A DNA stretch of 64,000 nt from a virus. The translations under genes and the position numbers were made by a program. Under the pieces are notes generated by a model. It ran no database searches. It was not told the DNA's origin and was given only the letters and a program-made list of their open reading frames with translations. This document shows, piece after piece, positions 46,425-55,785 of the stretch (positions are counted from its first letter, which is position 1; every line of letters starts with the position of its first letter). The DNA is taken from UHGV virus genome UHGV-0247568; one strand, written 5' to 3'.

Positions 46425-46452
46425 AAAACTCCACGTAATTGTGGAGTTTTTA
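46425..46452 (+). terminator. intrinsic terminator actccac-gtaatt-gtggagt + T5
   Basis: 7-bp stem plus T-run after pnuC. Confidence 0.6.
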
Positions 46453-46472
46453 TTGAAAGGAAAATAAAAAAA

Positions 46473-46754
46473 ATGAATTTAAGTGAGGAATTAAGAGATC
46501 AAATTATACTTTTTCTAGAAAGTCACTATTTTATTGAGGTAGTTGACTTAAACAAAACGAGAGCTAAAGAAAGTGCGATGGAAATATTAAATTTCATTAA
46601 AGATTTAGGTGGAGAATATGAATTAGAAGAAATGGAAACAAATGGTTGGGAACATGATATTTTAATCCCATTTGAATATAAAACTAAAAAATATACATTA
46701 AATTTTGGTGCAATGTATAATAATATGTTAATTTATAGAGAGGGCGCTGAATAA
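46473..46754 (+). CDS. hypothetical protein (93 aa; the track start at 46347 overlaps pnuC and is unlikely)
   Basis: The ATG at 46473 follows gaaaggaaaataaaaaaa. Stop overlaps the nrdH start (TAAATG). Confidence 0.45.
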   Translation: MNLSEELRDQIILFLESHYFIEVVDLNKTRAKESAMEILNFIKDLGGEYELEEMETNGWEHDILIPFEYKTKKYTLNFGAMYNNMLIYREGAE

Positions 46755-47003
46755 ATGAATATTAATAGAATCGTGGTTTATGGACGCACTAATTGTCCTC
46801 AATGTAAAATGACTTGTAAAGTGTTAGAAAAAGAAGGTATTGAATATCGATATATTAACATTGACGAAAATCAACCAGAAAGATTAAGATTAACACTTTT
46901 AGGCTTTCAAACAGTTCCAGTGACACGCGTTGTTTTTGAAAATGGCGAAAATGATCAATATATCACTGGTTTTAGACCGAATGAATTGAAAAAATTAAAA
47001 TAA
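46755..47003 (+). CDS. nrdH: NrdH-like glutaredoxin
   Basis: 82 aa. Redox CPQC motif at the N-terminus (VVYGRTNCPQCKMTCKVL). Thioredoxin-fold length. Confidence 0.6.
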   Translation: MNINRIVVYGRTNCPQCKMTCKVLEKEGIEYRYINIDENQPERLRLTLLGFQTVPVTRVVFENGENDQYITGFRPNELKKLK

Positions 47004-47010
47004 ATAATGT

Positions 47011-47039
47011 GAGACGTTTACATAACGTCTCTTTTTTGA
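47011..47039 (+). terminator. intrinsic terminator gagacgtt-taca-taacgtctc + T6 that also carries the next -35 (TTTACA 47017-47022)
   Basis: 8-bp stem plus T-run. The overlapping promoter's TATAAT is at 47040-47045. Confidence 0.6.
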
Positions 47040-47086
47040 TATAATATAAACATATATAAGAGAAAGAAAACGTAGGAGAGATTATA

Positions 47087-48118
47087 ATGGCAGGATACGC
47101 AGAAAACACAATGTTTTTTGGTCAAATTGATGGAAAAACATTGAATAGTTTGGGTAAATTAGATAGAAGTGTAAAAACATTAAAAGACAGATCAAAACAA
47201 GTAAACGATATTATTGATTCAACTAATTATTTTGTTGAATATTTATCAAAATATTATAAAGTAAGTATTAATGCAAATGAAGCAACAAGTGAAGACGTTG
47301 ATATTTTTAAATACTTAGAAAGAATGGCAACATATTTATTAAATAGTGATGAATCTATTGCTTTAGATAAAGCAGAACAAAAAACATATATTTTCCATAA
47401 TCAAACAATGCAAAAATATTTAGATCGTGAAAAAATTAATGTAAATAATAGCAATGGACAAGAAAATATTGTTGATTCTGAAAATGTTGTCCACGCTTTA
47501 TTAGCTAAAAAACAAAACAGTCGAAAATTAAAAGTTCAAACAATTACAGTTGAGGATTTAAAACGCAATGACAAAGTTGGCGAAATTTTAAGAGAATATC
47601 AACTAATGCTCAATGCCATTGACAAAAAGCTTAGTGAACCGCAAGATAAAAAATGGGCAATATACACAAGACAAAAATATTTAGTAAAACAAGATATGGT
47701 TGATGCAAAAGATATGTTGCTCGGTGTATGGGGCTACAACACTAATTTTAAAGAATCACATATTCCAGATTTAGACATTTTTGATTTTACAGACTTTAAA
47801 ACAGTTAAATATTTACTAACATTTAGTAAGCCAAATGTGTCAGAGAATGAAGATATGTGGTGTGTTTGGCAAGACTTTATTGAAACAGTTAAAAAAGCTA
47901 ATTTAACTCAAGAGGAATTGGAAATTTTTAAGTGTTTACAAGATGGGTGGAAATTACAAGAAATTAGTGATGAGTTTGGTATTAAATACCATGGACTTTA
48001 CCAAACAACAATCCCAAGAATCGCTAAAAAGATCATGAAGGTTGGTAACAAATATGATTGTACTGATCCTAAAATAAAAGAGAAAATTAATAACCGAAAA
48101 GAAAAAGCCAAATCATAA
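47087..48118 (+). CDS. putative transcription regulator with a C-terminal sigma-70 region-4 / LuxR-like HTH (candidate late-gene activator or phage sigma factor)
   Basis: C-terminus LTQEELEIFKCLQDGWKLQEISDEFGIKYHGLYQTTIPRIAKKI resembles sigma region 4.2. The rest is not recognised. Confidence 0.35.
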   Translation: MAGYAENTMFFGQIDGKTLNSLGKLDRSVKTLKDRSKQVNDIIDSTNYFVEYLSKYYKVSINANEATSEDVDIFKYLERMATYLLNSDESIALDKAEQKTYIFHNQTMQKYLDREKINVNNSNGQENIVDSENVVHALLAKKQNSRKLKVQTITVEDLKRNDKVGEILREYQLMLNAIDKKLSEPQDKKWAIYTRQKYLVKQDMVDAKDMLLGVWGYNTNFKESHIPDLDIFDFTDFKTVKYLLTFSKPNVSENEDMWCVWQDFIETVKKANLTQEELEIFKCLQDGWKLQEISDEFGIKYHGLYQTTIPRIAKKIMKVGNKYDCTDPKIKEKINNRKEKAKS

Positions 48119-48120
48119 GA

Positions 48121-48153
48121 GTAGTTTACAAAACTACTCTTTTTTGATATAAT
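48121..48153 (+). promoter_or_regulatory. terminator hairpin (agagtagttt-acaaa-actactct + T6) fused to class-B promoter TTTACA-N17-TATAAT
   Basis: TTTACA 48125-48130 inside the stem, TATAAT 48148-48153. Confidence 0.6.
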
Positions 48154-48165
48154 ATAATTATAAAA

Positions 48166-49038
48166 TTGAAAGGAAATGGTTTCATGAAATATAATGAATA
48201 TATTAACGGTTCCGAATGGTTAGAAAAGAGTTCTAGATATTTAGAAATGTATCCAATTTGTGAATTATGTCACAAATTTCCGTCAACACAAGTTCACCAT
48301 ACTAGTTATGCAAGAATTGGGGAAGAATTACGTAAAGATTTAATGGGAGTTTGTGATCGTTGCCACACTCATTTACATTTGTTGCCGCCAATGATTAAAG
48401 ATGAAGCACGTTTGAAAAAAGCAAATAAATTAATTCGTGATTTTATCAAATATCCTGAAATTAAAACAATCGCACTAAATGAATTAATGTTAAAATATTA
48501 TCCGGGTAAAATTTACATGAAAGAATTAGCAGAAGAAGCTTGTCCAGAAACAGCATTTTTCATGCAAAACGTTATGGAAATTTTAGATGCAGATAGTAAA
48601 AATCTTAAAGTCGATTTAATTGAAGAATTAACACGTATTGTTTATATGTTAAAAGTTCAAGCAGCAAAAAATGCTAAAAAGAAAAAAGAAGATGAAAAAA
48701 TTCGAAAAGAAAAATTTGAAAATGGTGAATTTGATTATCTTTATGATATTGCTGAACAAAGCAAAGCCGAAAAAATTAAAGAAAGTACATTGGATGAAAT
48801 TTTAGAAAATCGACGTAAAAATTTCTGCTTAAATGAATTAAAATCGAAACCAATTTTAGGTGAAGCAATGCGCTGGGCTAATATTGAATATTTTAATGGT
48901 CAAATGTTTTTTAAACGTTCTGGAATTGATACTCCAGCTAAATTTTATTTATGCTTATATGAAAAAGGCGCTACAGAAGAATTATTTACACATTTAGGTG
49001 GTAAGCCAAAAGATTTAGTAGGTGAATTCAATGTTTAA
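48166..49038 (+). CDS. HNH endonuclease domain protein (290 aa)
   Basis: N-terminal CELCHKFPSTQVHHTSY…CDRCHTHLH shows HNH/zinc-finger spacing. The long C-terminal region is uncharacterised. Confidence 0.55.
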   Translation: MKGNGFMKYNEYINGSEWLEKSSRYLEMYPICELCHKFPSTQVHHTSYARIGEELRKDLMGVCDRCHTHLHLLPPMIKDEARLKKANKLIRDFIKYPEIKTIALNELMLKYYPGKIYMKELAEEACPETAFFMQNVMEILDADSKNLKVDLIEELTRIVYMLKVQAAKNAKKKKEDEKIRKEKFENGEFDYLYDIAEQSKAEKIKESTLDEILENRRKNFCLNELKSKPILGEAMRWANIEYFNGQMFFKRSGIDTPAKFYLCLYEKGATEELFTHLGGKPKDLVGEFNV

Positions 49039-49675
49039 ATCAATTATTGATTTTTTTGAAAAAATTAGGCCAAAGAATAATGCAGAGTTAATCATGGAAG
49101 CGGAAGTGACCATGATTAACAATAAAATAAGAGAATTAAAAAACGAGATTCAATCAGCCCGTTTTGACTCTAAAGAACTCAAAAAATCACTTATCGAATT
49201 AAAAAACGATATTGAAGGTTTTTCAGAAAAAACCTTAAATAGCGATGCAAATCAAGAGAAAAACGATGATGAAGAACAATGTGAAAGTTTTCCTTCGTTT
49301 GAAAGAGGATTTTTGAAAATCTCAATGAGTTTGGACTTCGAATTTATTGAATGCATTAAAAGTGGTCTAAACAATTTAAACGGTAAAACCATTTTATATA
49401 GTGGAGATATTACTGAAGCAATTTTAAAAAATATTGTACCAAAAGTTGAAGGCTATGATTTATTTGACATAGAATTTGTAGACGATATTTTTGAAGGCTC
49501 CATGGTGAAAAAAGTTAATTTTTATCTAATTAAAGTATTGGATGAATCAGTAATTTATGGTGGAGACGTTGAGTTACAAAGGTATAAAAATTATTATGGT
49601 GGAGTAACTACAGAAGATATTAAAAAAAATATGCAAAAATTTTCGGAGGCATTCAAAGATGATAAAAACAGGTAA
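49031..49675 (+). CDS. hypothetical protein (214 aa; track start 49022)
   Basis: ORF overlapping the HNH stop. Confidence 0.45.
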   Translation: MFKSIIDFFEKIRPKNNAELIMEAEVTMINNKIRELKNEIQSARFDSKELKKSLIELKNDIEGFSEKTLNSDANQEKNDDEEQCESFPSFERGFLKISMSLDFEFIECIKSGLNNLNGKTILYSGDITEAILKNIVPKVEGYDLFDIEFVDDIFEGSMVKKVNFYLIKVLDESVIYGGDVELQRYKNYYGGVTTEDIKKNMQKFSEAFKDDKNR

Positions 49676-49826
49676 AATTGAAAAAGAAAAGTTGAATTTT
49701 TCATTGCATAAAAATGATAAAGGCGAAATTATTCGAGTGCCTTTAAAAAATAAAAAAGTTGTGAGTCGTCAAGAGCGTGTAAAAAATAATAAAATTAAAA
49801 AAGCTTTGAAAAAACGCAAAAAATAA
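49659..49826 (+). CDS. small highly basic protein (55 aa, K/R-rich), not in the track
   Basis: RBS ggagg 9 nt before the ATG. Overlaps the 3' end of the upstream ORF in the +1 frame. Confidence 0.3.
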   Translation: MIKTGKIEKEKLNFSLHKNDKGEIIRVPLKNKKVVSRQERVKNNKIKKALKKRKK

Positions 49827-49827
49827 G

Positions 49828-49856
49828 TTTACAAAAATTAAAATAGTTGATATAAT
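49828..49856 (+). promoter_or_regulatory. class-B promoter
   Basis: TTTACA 49828-49833, TATAAT 49851-49856. Confidence 0.6.
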
Positions 49857-49926
49857 ATAAATATAAATAATGATTAATGAAAATCATTAAAAATAATATA
49901 AAAGAAAAGAAAGTAGGAATTTAATT

Positions 49927-50895
49927 ATGGCAGCAAATTCATTGCGTGAAGCAGCAAATGCAATCGAGGTAGTAGGAACAGTTAAAAAAGTTGAGCTTGA
50001 AGAAAAAACAAGTCAAAAAACAGGTAAAGAAATGATTATGGGTCACATTTTAGTTGAAGTTAAAGAAAGTGCTGAACGTATTCATAATATTAAAGTGAAA
50101 GTATTTTCAATGAAACTTAATAAAAAAGGTGAAGTATCAGGACTTTATAAAGGTTATAAAACTGTTAAAGATGAATGGAAATCTGGCGATCGTGTAAAAA
50201 TTACAGGTTCAATCGGGTTGCAAGAATATTACTCACGTTCTGGAAATTTAGTTTCATTTAATGAAATGAAAGCTCTATTTTGTAATCGATTGGATGAAGG
50301 TGATCAAACACCAGATAAAGCAATTGCAACAGTTGAAATGGTTGTTAAAGGTATGACACCAGAAATTGATGCGGAACAAATTCCAACAGGAAATTTAATT
50401 GTTGATGCATTCACAGTTGGATATAATTCAACAATTATTCCATTACAAAACTTAATTATTAATGGTGAATTAGGTCAACAATTCCAAACTATGTATGCGC
50501 CGAATAGTACTGGTAAAATCACAATGAAAATTAATAATTATTCTACAGTAAGTAAAGAAGAAACACCACAAGTTAGCCATGGTTTTGGTTCAACTGAAGT
50601 TGTTGAAGATACTATTGTAAAAGATTATACAAATAATTTAGAAATTATCGGTGGCGATTTACCATATCAAGATGGTGTTAATAATTACTCAATGGAAGAT
50701 ATTGCACAAGCTGATAAAAATCGTGAACTTGTATTACAAGAATTGCAACAAAATGCTTCTGCAGCTCCACAACCAACAGCTTCTGGTTTTGGAACAACAG
50801 GTACACAGACAAGTGACCCAATGGCAAGCGCATTTACAAATGCACCGGTAAATAATGAAGACCCATTTGCAAATGGTGGAACACCAGCATTTTAA
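49927..50895 (+). CDS. putative single-stranded DNA-binding protein (OB-fold-like N-terminus, Gly/Thr/Ser-rich tail ending …EDPFANGGTPAF)
   Basis: Weak. Position within the replication genes, an N-terminal beta-rich region and an acidic DPF-containing C-terminus reminiscent of SSB tails. Confidence 0.3.
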   Translation: MAANSLREAANAIEVVGTVKKVELEEKTSQKTGKEMIMGHILVEVKESAERIHNIKVKVFSMKLNKKGEVSGLYKGYKTVKDEWKSGDRVKITGSIGLQEYYSRSGNLVSFNEMKALFCNRLDEGDQTPDKAIATVEMVVKGMTPEIDAEQIPTGNLIVDAFTVGYNSTIIPLQNLIINGELGQQFQTMYAPNSTGKITMKINNYSTVSKEETPQVSHGFGSTEVVEDTIVKDYTNNLEIIGGDLPYQDGVNNYSMEDIAQADKNRELVLQELQQNASAAPQPTASGFGTTGTQTSDPMASAFTNAPVNNEDPFANGGTPAF

Positions 50896-50911
50896 TAAAA
50901 TAGACAACACT

Positions 50912-50950
50912 TCGGTGCTCATGTCGATCTAGAGGAGATGAGTCTCCTCT
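50912..50950 (+). terminator. intrinsic terminator ctagaggagat-gagt-ctcctctag + T6
   Basis: Perfect 10-bp stem plus T-run. Confidence 0.65.
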
Positions 50951-50977
50951 AGAATTTTTTAAAAAGGAGAAATATGT

Positions 50978-51460
50978 ATGGAAGAAGAAAAAAAATTAAC
51001 ATTAGAAGAATCTTTAAAAAAATTTATTAAAGAATCAAAAATGTCAATTATTGATAAAGTTGAAGATGCACAAACTGATTTAGAAAAAGTTATTATTTTA
51101 GAACAAACATATAATGTGATGATTGAGCAAGCTGAAGCATTTATGAAAATTTGTGATTTTACTCAAACATTACGTAGTGATATTAATAATAAAAATAAAG
51201 CATTAGGTGAAAGAAACAATTTAATGGGAATGGTTGAAGTTGGGCTATTTACAAAAATGGATGAAAATAATAATATTATTGCTGATCCTGATTCACCTTG
51301 TTTTGAACAAATTGATTGGGACGCTTTAGAAATTCCTTTTGTAAAACGATTAGCTAATAAATTAATTGAAAAATTACAAGATAAAATTGATAGCGAACAA
51401 TTATTAAATCGTGAAATTACAAGTGATGATATTAATTTAATTGATTGGAGCAAATTCTAA
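50978..51460 (+). CDS. hypothetical protein (160 aa)
   Basis: RBS aaaggagaaatat then ATG. Confidence 0.45.
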   Translation: MEEEKKLTLEESLKKFIKESKMSIIDKVEDAQTDLEKVIILEQTYNVMIEQAEAFMKICDFTQTLRSDINNKNKALGERNNLMGMVEVGLFTKMDENNNIIADPDSPCFEQIDWDALEIPFVKRLANKLIEKLQDKIDSEQLLNREITSDDINLIDWSKF

Positions 51461-51888
51461 TGGAAAAAAGATTTATTGATAGTTATAAAGCAGGTTTTGA
51501 ACTATTTCAAAGCGCAAGTAAAAAAATTGCAATTTTTGAAAAATATTTAAATGAAGAAAAAAATAAAGATTTATTGAAATTATTAAAAAATAATTTCACA
51601 GACTATAAAAATGATTATTCAAAAATATTGGAATTAGGTTCAGCAGCATATAGTCGTATGGAATTATCTCGAAAATTAAGCGAAGCATATCACCAACAAG
51701 CTATCGCGTTAAAAATGATCATGTATCCCATTGACGAAATGATGGAAATCCATGGTGATAATGATTTAATCCGTTTCCGCGAAACTTTATGTGAGTCCAT
51801 TGTGGATGAATTGCAACTCCATGGAGACGTGTCAGAAACTCGTTTTATGGAATTAGTCGCAGAAGCAATGCGAAAAAATCTGATATAA
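51460..51888 (+). CDS. hypothetical protein (142 aa; the TAATG-coupled start is preferred over the track start at 51445)
   Basis: ATG overlapping the upstream stop. Confidence 0.45.
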   Translation: MEKRFIDSYKAGFELFQSASKKIAIFEKYLNEEKNKDLLKLLKNNFTDYKNDYSKILELGSAAYSRMELSRKLSEAYHQQAIALKMIMYPIDEMMEIHGDNDLIRFRETLCESIVDELQLHGDVSETRFMELVAEAMRKNLI

Positions 51889-51891
51889 TAG

Positions 51892-51920
51892 TTTACAAAA
51901 TATACTTTAATTGATATAAT
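51892..51920 (+). promoter_or_regulatory. class-B promoter
   Basis: TTTACA 51892-51897, TATAAT 51915-51920. Leader …agaaagtaggaa. Confidence 0.6.
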
Positions 51921-51959
51921 ATAAAAGTAAAAAGAAAAAAAGAAAGTAGGAATTTAATT

Positions 51960-53030
51960 ATGATTGATATTTTTAATGTGGAACCTGTAAAAGTGAGTGT
52001 TAACCCAGCGGATTATTCAACATTTATCTATGGTGTTCCAAAAATTGGTAAAACAACATTGGCGTATGATTTATACAAAGAACGTGGTTTATTTTTAGCA
52101 ACTGAAGATCGTCACAAAACTTTAGCTGGTGCTAATGTAATTCGAATTACTTCATGGGTTGATTATTTACAAGTTATGGGACAATTAAAACAACCAAAAG
52201 CGAAAGAATTATATGATGTTATCATTGTCGACACTGTTGAAAATTTATATAATATGCTAGAAAAATTTGTTGCAGCAAAATATAAAGAAAGTACAGTTGG
52301 AGAACGAAATGATTTATGGGGTAAAGACTGGACAGATTTGAAAAACATGTGGAAATCTGGTTTAAATATGATTGGTGAAGCGGGTTTCGTTCCATGTTTT
52401 ATCGCACATGCTACAGAACAAATGGTACAAATTCCAGCGTCTGGTGTTTTAAAATCAGATTTGGAAGGTGCACAAGTTGAATTAAAAACTGTAAAAGGTG
52501 AAGATGGAAATACTTTAGAAGTTTATGAATTCCAAAAATATATGCCAGATTTAAAAGATAAAGTTTTTGCTCCAATTAATCGAATGGTTGATAATATTTT
52601 ATTTGCAAATACAACATTAGATGTTACAACTGGTGAAGAACAACGCGTACTTTATTTACGTGATACATTACAATGGATGGCTGGTTCAACATTTAAAAAT
52701 ATTGTACCAATTGTAAAATTAAGTGCTGACAGTTATATGAAAGCAGTCGAAGCAGCTTTAGGAACAGTAGATAAAAAAGATACTAAAAAATCTGAAGAAC
52801 GTAAAGTTAAACAAGAATTAGATTTTAATTCAATTCGAGCAGAAGTGATGAAATATGGTGCAGCATTTAATGAAGCTAAAAAACTAGAAGTATTAAACAA
52901 AATTAGTGCAGATATTTTCGGTATCGGAAATAAAATTACAGATGCTGATGAAAGTCAGGTTGAATTATTAGCAGCAGCACTTGAGGAAATCAAGAAAAAA
53001 GCAAAACAATTAAATATTACAATTAAATAA
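51960..53030 (+). CDS. RecA-fold P-loop ATPase (AAA_24 / Sak4-like phage recombination protein family)
   Basis: Walker A GVPKIGKTT near the N-terminus, Walker B-like IIVDTVE. A long C-terminal extension. Confidence 0.45.
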   Translation: MIDIFNVEPVKVSVNPADYSTFIYGVPKIGKTTLAYDLYKERGLFLATEDRHKTLAGANVIRITSWVDYLQVMGQLKQPKAKELYDVIIVDTVENLYNMLEKFVAAKYKESTVGERNDLWGKDWTDLKNMWKSGLNMIGEAGFVPCFIAHATEQMVQIPASGVLKSDLEGAQVELKTVKGEDGNTLEVYEFQKYMPDLKDKVFAPINRMVDNILFANTTLDVTTGEEQRVLYLRDTLQWMAGSTFKNIVPIVKLSADSYMKAVEAALGTVDKKDTKKSEERKVKQELDFNSIRAEVMKYGAAFNEAKKLEVLNKISADIFGIGNKITDADESQVELLAAALEEIKKKAKQLNITIK

Positions 53031-53063
53031 ATTCATAAAGATAGATTAATTTCTCTCTTTTTG

Positions 53064-53092
53064 TTTACAAATTAAAAAGAATTTGATATAAT
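53064..53092 (+). promoter_or_regulatory. class-B promoter
   Basis: TTTACA 53064-53069, TATAAT 53087-53092. Confidence 0.6.
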
Positions 53093-53140
53093 ATAAATAT
53101 AATTAAAAGAAAAAAAATAAAACGAAAAGAGGAAATTATT

Positions 53141-53803
53141 ATGTTAAGTTTTAATCGAGATGTAGATATTTTATTAGTAAAGGAAATGGCTTTAAAATAT
53201 TTAAAAGAGTGCAAAGACTCAACTGAAGAAGCGCGAGTTGTTAAAATTATCCAGGAGGCAAATGGTCAATTAAGGCCATTCGTGCATTTGCATATTGTTG
53301 AAAATATTCAGCTGGCTGAACTTAAGCGCCGCGAATTACTTGAAAAATTAGAAACTTGTGATTATCGGAAGATTGTATCAAACCTAAAAGCAAGTAGGAC
53401 AATTATTCACCACCCCAATTTTGAATACCAAGGCTGTGTACATGAAAATAATTGGCGAACAATTGAAGAAAAATTTGTTTCAATTGACCAAATGCTCGAT
53501 GGTTTAGTTGCTGATAAAGTAACAATTGAATTAGAAACATTTAACGGAACAAGCCCACATGGTATCGAACGCTTGCAAAAAGCCTTAGCTTTAAAAGCTG
53601 AATTGGATGTTCGCATCGATCATAAAAAATGTGATGAGTCAAGTCCTGAGCCCGTAAAAGCTGCTGACTTAAAAATGACTGTTAAGGTTGATGGTGAAAC
53701 ATTAATCAAACAAATGTTAAAAATCAACGAAGCTTGGGGCAAAAATTTACAACAACAATTGGAAGATATCCAGGAAGCACATTATCGAGGGGAAGGTAAA
53801 TAA
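53141..53803 (+). CDS. hypothetical protein (220 aa)
   Basis: ORF, RBS aaagaggaaattatt. Confidence 0.45.
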   Translation: MLSFNRDVDILLVKEMALKYLKECKDSTEEARVVKIIQEANGQLRPFVHLHIVENIQLAELKRRELLEKLETCDYRKIVSNLKASRTIIHHPNFEYQGCVHENNWRTIEEKFVSIDQMLDGLVADKVTIELETFNGTSPHGIERLQKALALKAELDVRIDHKKCDESSPEPVKAADLKMTVKVDGETLIKQMLKINEAWGKNLQQQLEDIQEAHYRGEGK

Positions 53804-53804
53804 T

Positions 53805-54059
53805 ATGGGACCAATTGCAGGTGCGTTTTTAACAATTTGTGTATATTTAGGGTTTATTGTATTTTTCTTTTTTGCGTCATATTTATTTGCGGCAATGATT
53901 GCCTCAATGTTTTTCGAATATGATTATAAAATAAATGTACATTTATATATCTGTTTATCTTTTATTGCAATCGCGATTTGTTTAACAATGATTGCATATG
54001 TTTTAGGAGGAGTCGATTGGTTAATTGACTTACGAAATATTGGAGTTGAGAATCTATGA
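53805..54059 (+). CDS. small membrane protein (84 aa, 2 TM)
   Basis: Hydrophobic. Confidence 0.4.
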   Translation: MGPIAGAFLTICVYLGFIVFFFFASYLFAAMIASMFFEYDYKINVHLYICLSFIAIAICLTMIAYVLGGVDWLIDLRNIGVENL

Positions 54060-54265
54060 AAGATTTTTTAATTAGTTTGTTTTTTGTAATTTTACTTTTA
54101 GGATATAGGGTTTTTGTTATGTGGATCGTTGCTGCTGTTTTTGCTTATGGATTCTCATTGGTGTTTGGAGTTTATCTTAATGTTCAAGGACTATTCTTGA
54201 TCATTTTATCATTATATGTTTTGTTAAATACTTTATTAGGAAAAGTAAAAAAGTATGTTGATTAA
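54056..54265 (+). CDS. small membrane protein (69 aa, 2 TM)
   Basis: Hydrophobic, start-coupled. Confidence 0.4.
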   Translation: MKDFLISLFFVILLLGYRVFVMWIVAAVFAYGFSLVFGVYLNVQGLFLIILSLYVLLNTLLGKVKKYVD

Positions 54266-54995
54266 TGATTATAATTTAAAAAAGTTTAAAGAGAATTTTA
54301 ATAACAAAAAGCGCACTAATGCTACGCCACAAGAAAAATTCAAAACAATTAAGAAAGAATTGATTGAATGGTGTCAGTTCGATTCCAATGAGAATTTAAG
54401 AGTTTTCAGAGATTTAAGTTTCTATATCGAGGGTTATTCTTTAGTAATGGAATTCAGAGAAACTACAAACACACAAATGAAAATTCGATTCACATGGAAT
54501 TTGTCTGAAATTACGCCGTTAGAAGTACAAAACTATGTCACCCATTTTTGTAAAGAAATTCTCAATGTGAAAGAGCCCCGATTGACAATTACAGAACAAT
54601 TCATGTATGAAAATTTAGGACTTTATTATCCTGAAGATGAAAATTTAGTTATCTCACTCCACTTAATTTATCAATTAAAAAGGGAGATAGTTTTAGCTAT
54701 TTTACGCCATGAATTAATTCACCATTATTGTTCAGTTAATGGATTAGGAGCTAGAGACGTAGACAATGACTTTATTTCATTAATTATCAAATATGATGCA
54801 TATGTCTCAATGGCTCCTAATGCGCAATATGCATATAAGAAATTCGTGGCGAATCTCGTGAAAAATGGCTCTGGTTTTGCCTCAGAGGAATTCTCTGAAG
54901 ACCGTATGGAAGTTTTGTATAAAAAATGGTTATTAAAAACCAGGATTGACGAGGACACATATGGCACAACACCACATTTATACAGCTTATTTTAA
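54255..54995 (+). CDS. SprT-like zinc metalloprotease domain protein
   Basis: HExxH motif in LAILRHELIHHYCSVNG. Confidence 0.35.
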   Translation: MLINDYNLKKFKENFNNKKRTNATPQEKFKTIKKELIEWCQFDSNENLRVFRDLSFYIEGYSLVMEFRETTNTQMKIRFTWNLSEITPLEVQNYVTHFCKEILNVKEPRLTITEQFMYENLGLYYPEDENLVISLHLIYQLKREIVLAILRHELIHHYCSVNGLGARDVDNDFISLIIKYDAYVSMAPNAQYAYKKFVANLVKNGSGFASEEFSEDRMEVLYKKWLLKTRIDEDTYGTTPHLYSLF

Positions 54996-55034
54996 TGTTT
55001 AAAATATGAATTTTATTTAATAGGAGGACACCTT

Positions 55035-55262
55035 ATGTTAGAAAAAGCAAGAGAATTATTAGATGAATTAAATGGAAATATGTATTATCCAGCTTTCGAA
55101 GAACTAAAAGATTTAGCTGATAAAGACATGGGAGAAACTTTCGCACTTACCTGGTCATTAGCTTATGATAGTCACGACTGCGATGTTTACACTATATCTT
55201 TAGCTTATATCGGTGAAGATGGTAAAATAGAATTAGAAACGGCAGTTAGTTATTCAGTATAG
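55035..55262 (+). CDS. hypothetical protein (75 aa)
   Basis: RBS aataggagga. Confidence 0.4.
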   Translation: MLEKARELLDELNGNMYYPAFEELKDLADKDMGETFALTWSLAYDSHDCDVYTISLAYIGEDGKIELETAVSYSV

Positions 55263-55273
55263 GAGGAATTTAT

Positions 55274-55516
55274 ATGAAACATGAAACATTTATGATTCGT
55301 GCAATTGATAAAGTAGCAAAAATGATTGGTTGTAGTGAGGATGACGTTTTTGTTGTTTGGTCTGCTAAGACATTGAAAAATAGTAAAGCAATTATGTCCG
55401 CTAAAGTAAAGGGTGCGCCACTAATTGAGGTGACTATGGATGGAACAAATGGCGTAATTTACTTTGATGTTTATAAAAAGATTGAGCAACAAAAAGTGTT
55501 TTTCGTTCCTAAATAG
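55274..55516 (+). CDS. hypothetical protein (80 aa)
   Basis: RBS taggaggaattt. Confidence 0.4.
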   Translation: MKHETFMIRAIDKVAKMIGCSEDDVFVVWSAKTLKNSKAIMSAKVKGAPLIEVTMDGTNGVIYFDVYKKIEQQKVFFVPK

Positions 55517-55528
55517 GAGATAATAAAT

Positions 55529-55756
55529 ATGAAATATAATGGAAAAGAACAATATTATAGTAATAATATGTTTATTGTATTAATTGTTCTACTTTTCATT
55601 TTTCTTGGAGTAAATATTTTCTTTGGTTCAAGAATGATGTATTATAGAGACGAATATAATAATCAAAAAAATTATAATGATATGAGAGAAAGAGTTTGGA
55701 ACGAAAAAAATCATGAGAAGAATGATATTGAAAATGTTCCAAAAAGTGCAGTTTAA
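55529..55756 (+). CDS. small membrane protein (75 aa)
   Basis: RBS taggagata. One TM helix. Confidence 0.4.
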   Translation: MKYNGKEQYYSNNMFIVLIVLLFIFLGVNIFFGSRMMYYRDEYNNQKNYNDMRERVWNEKNHEKNDIENVPKSAV

Positions 55757-55785
55757 AATAAATGGGTATTTTGTAAAAAAAACTG

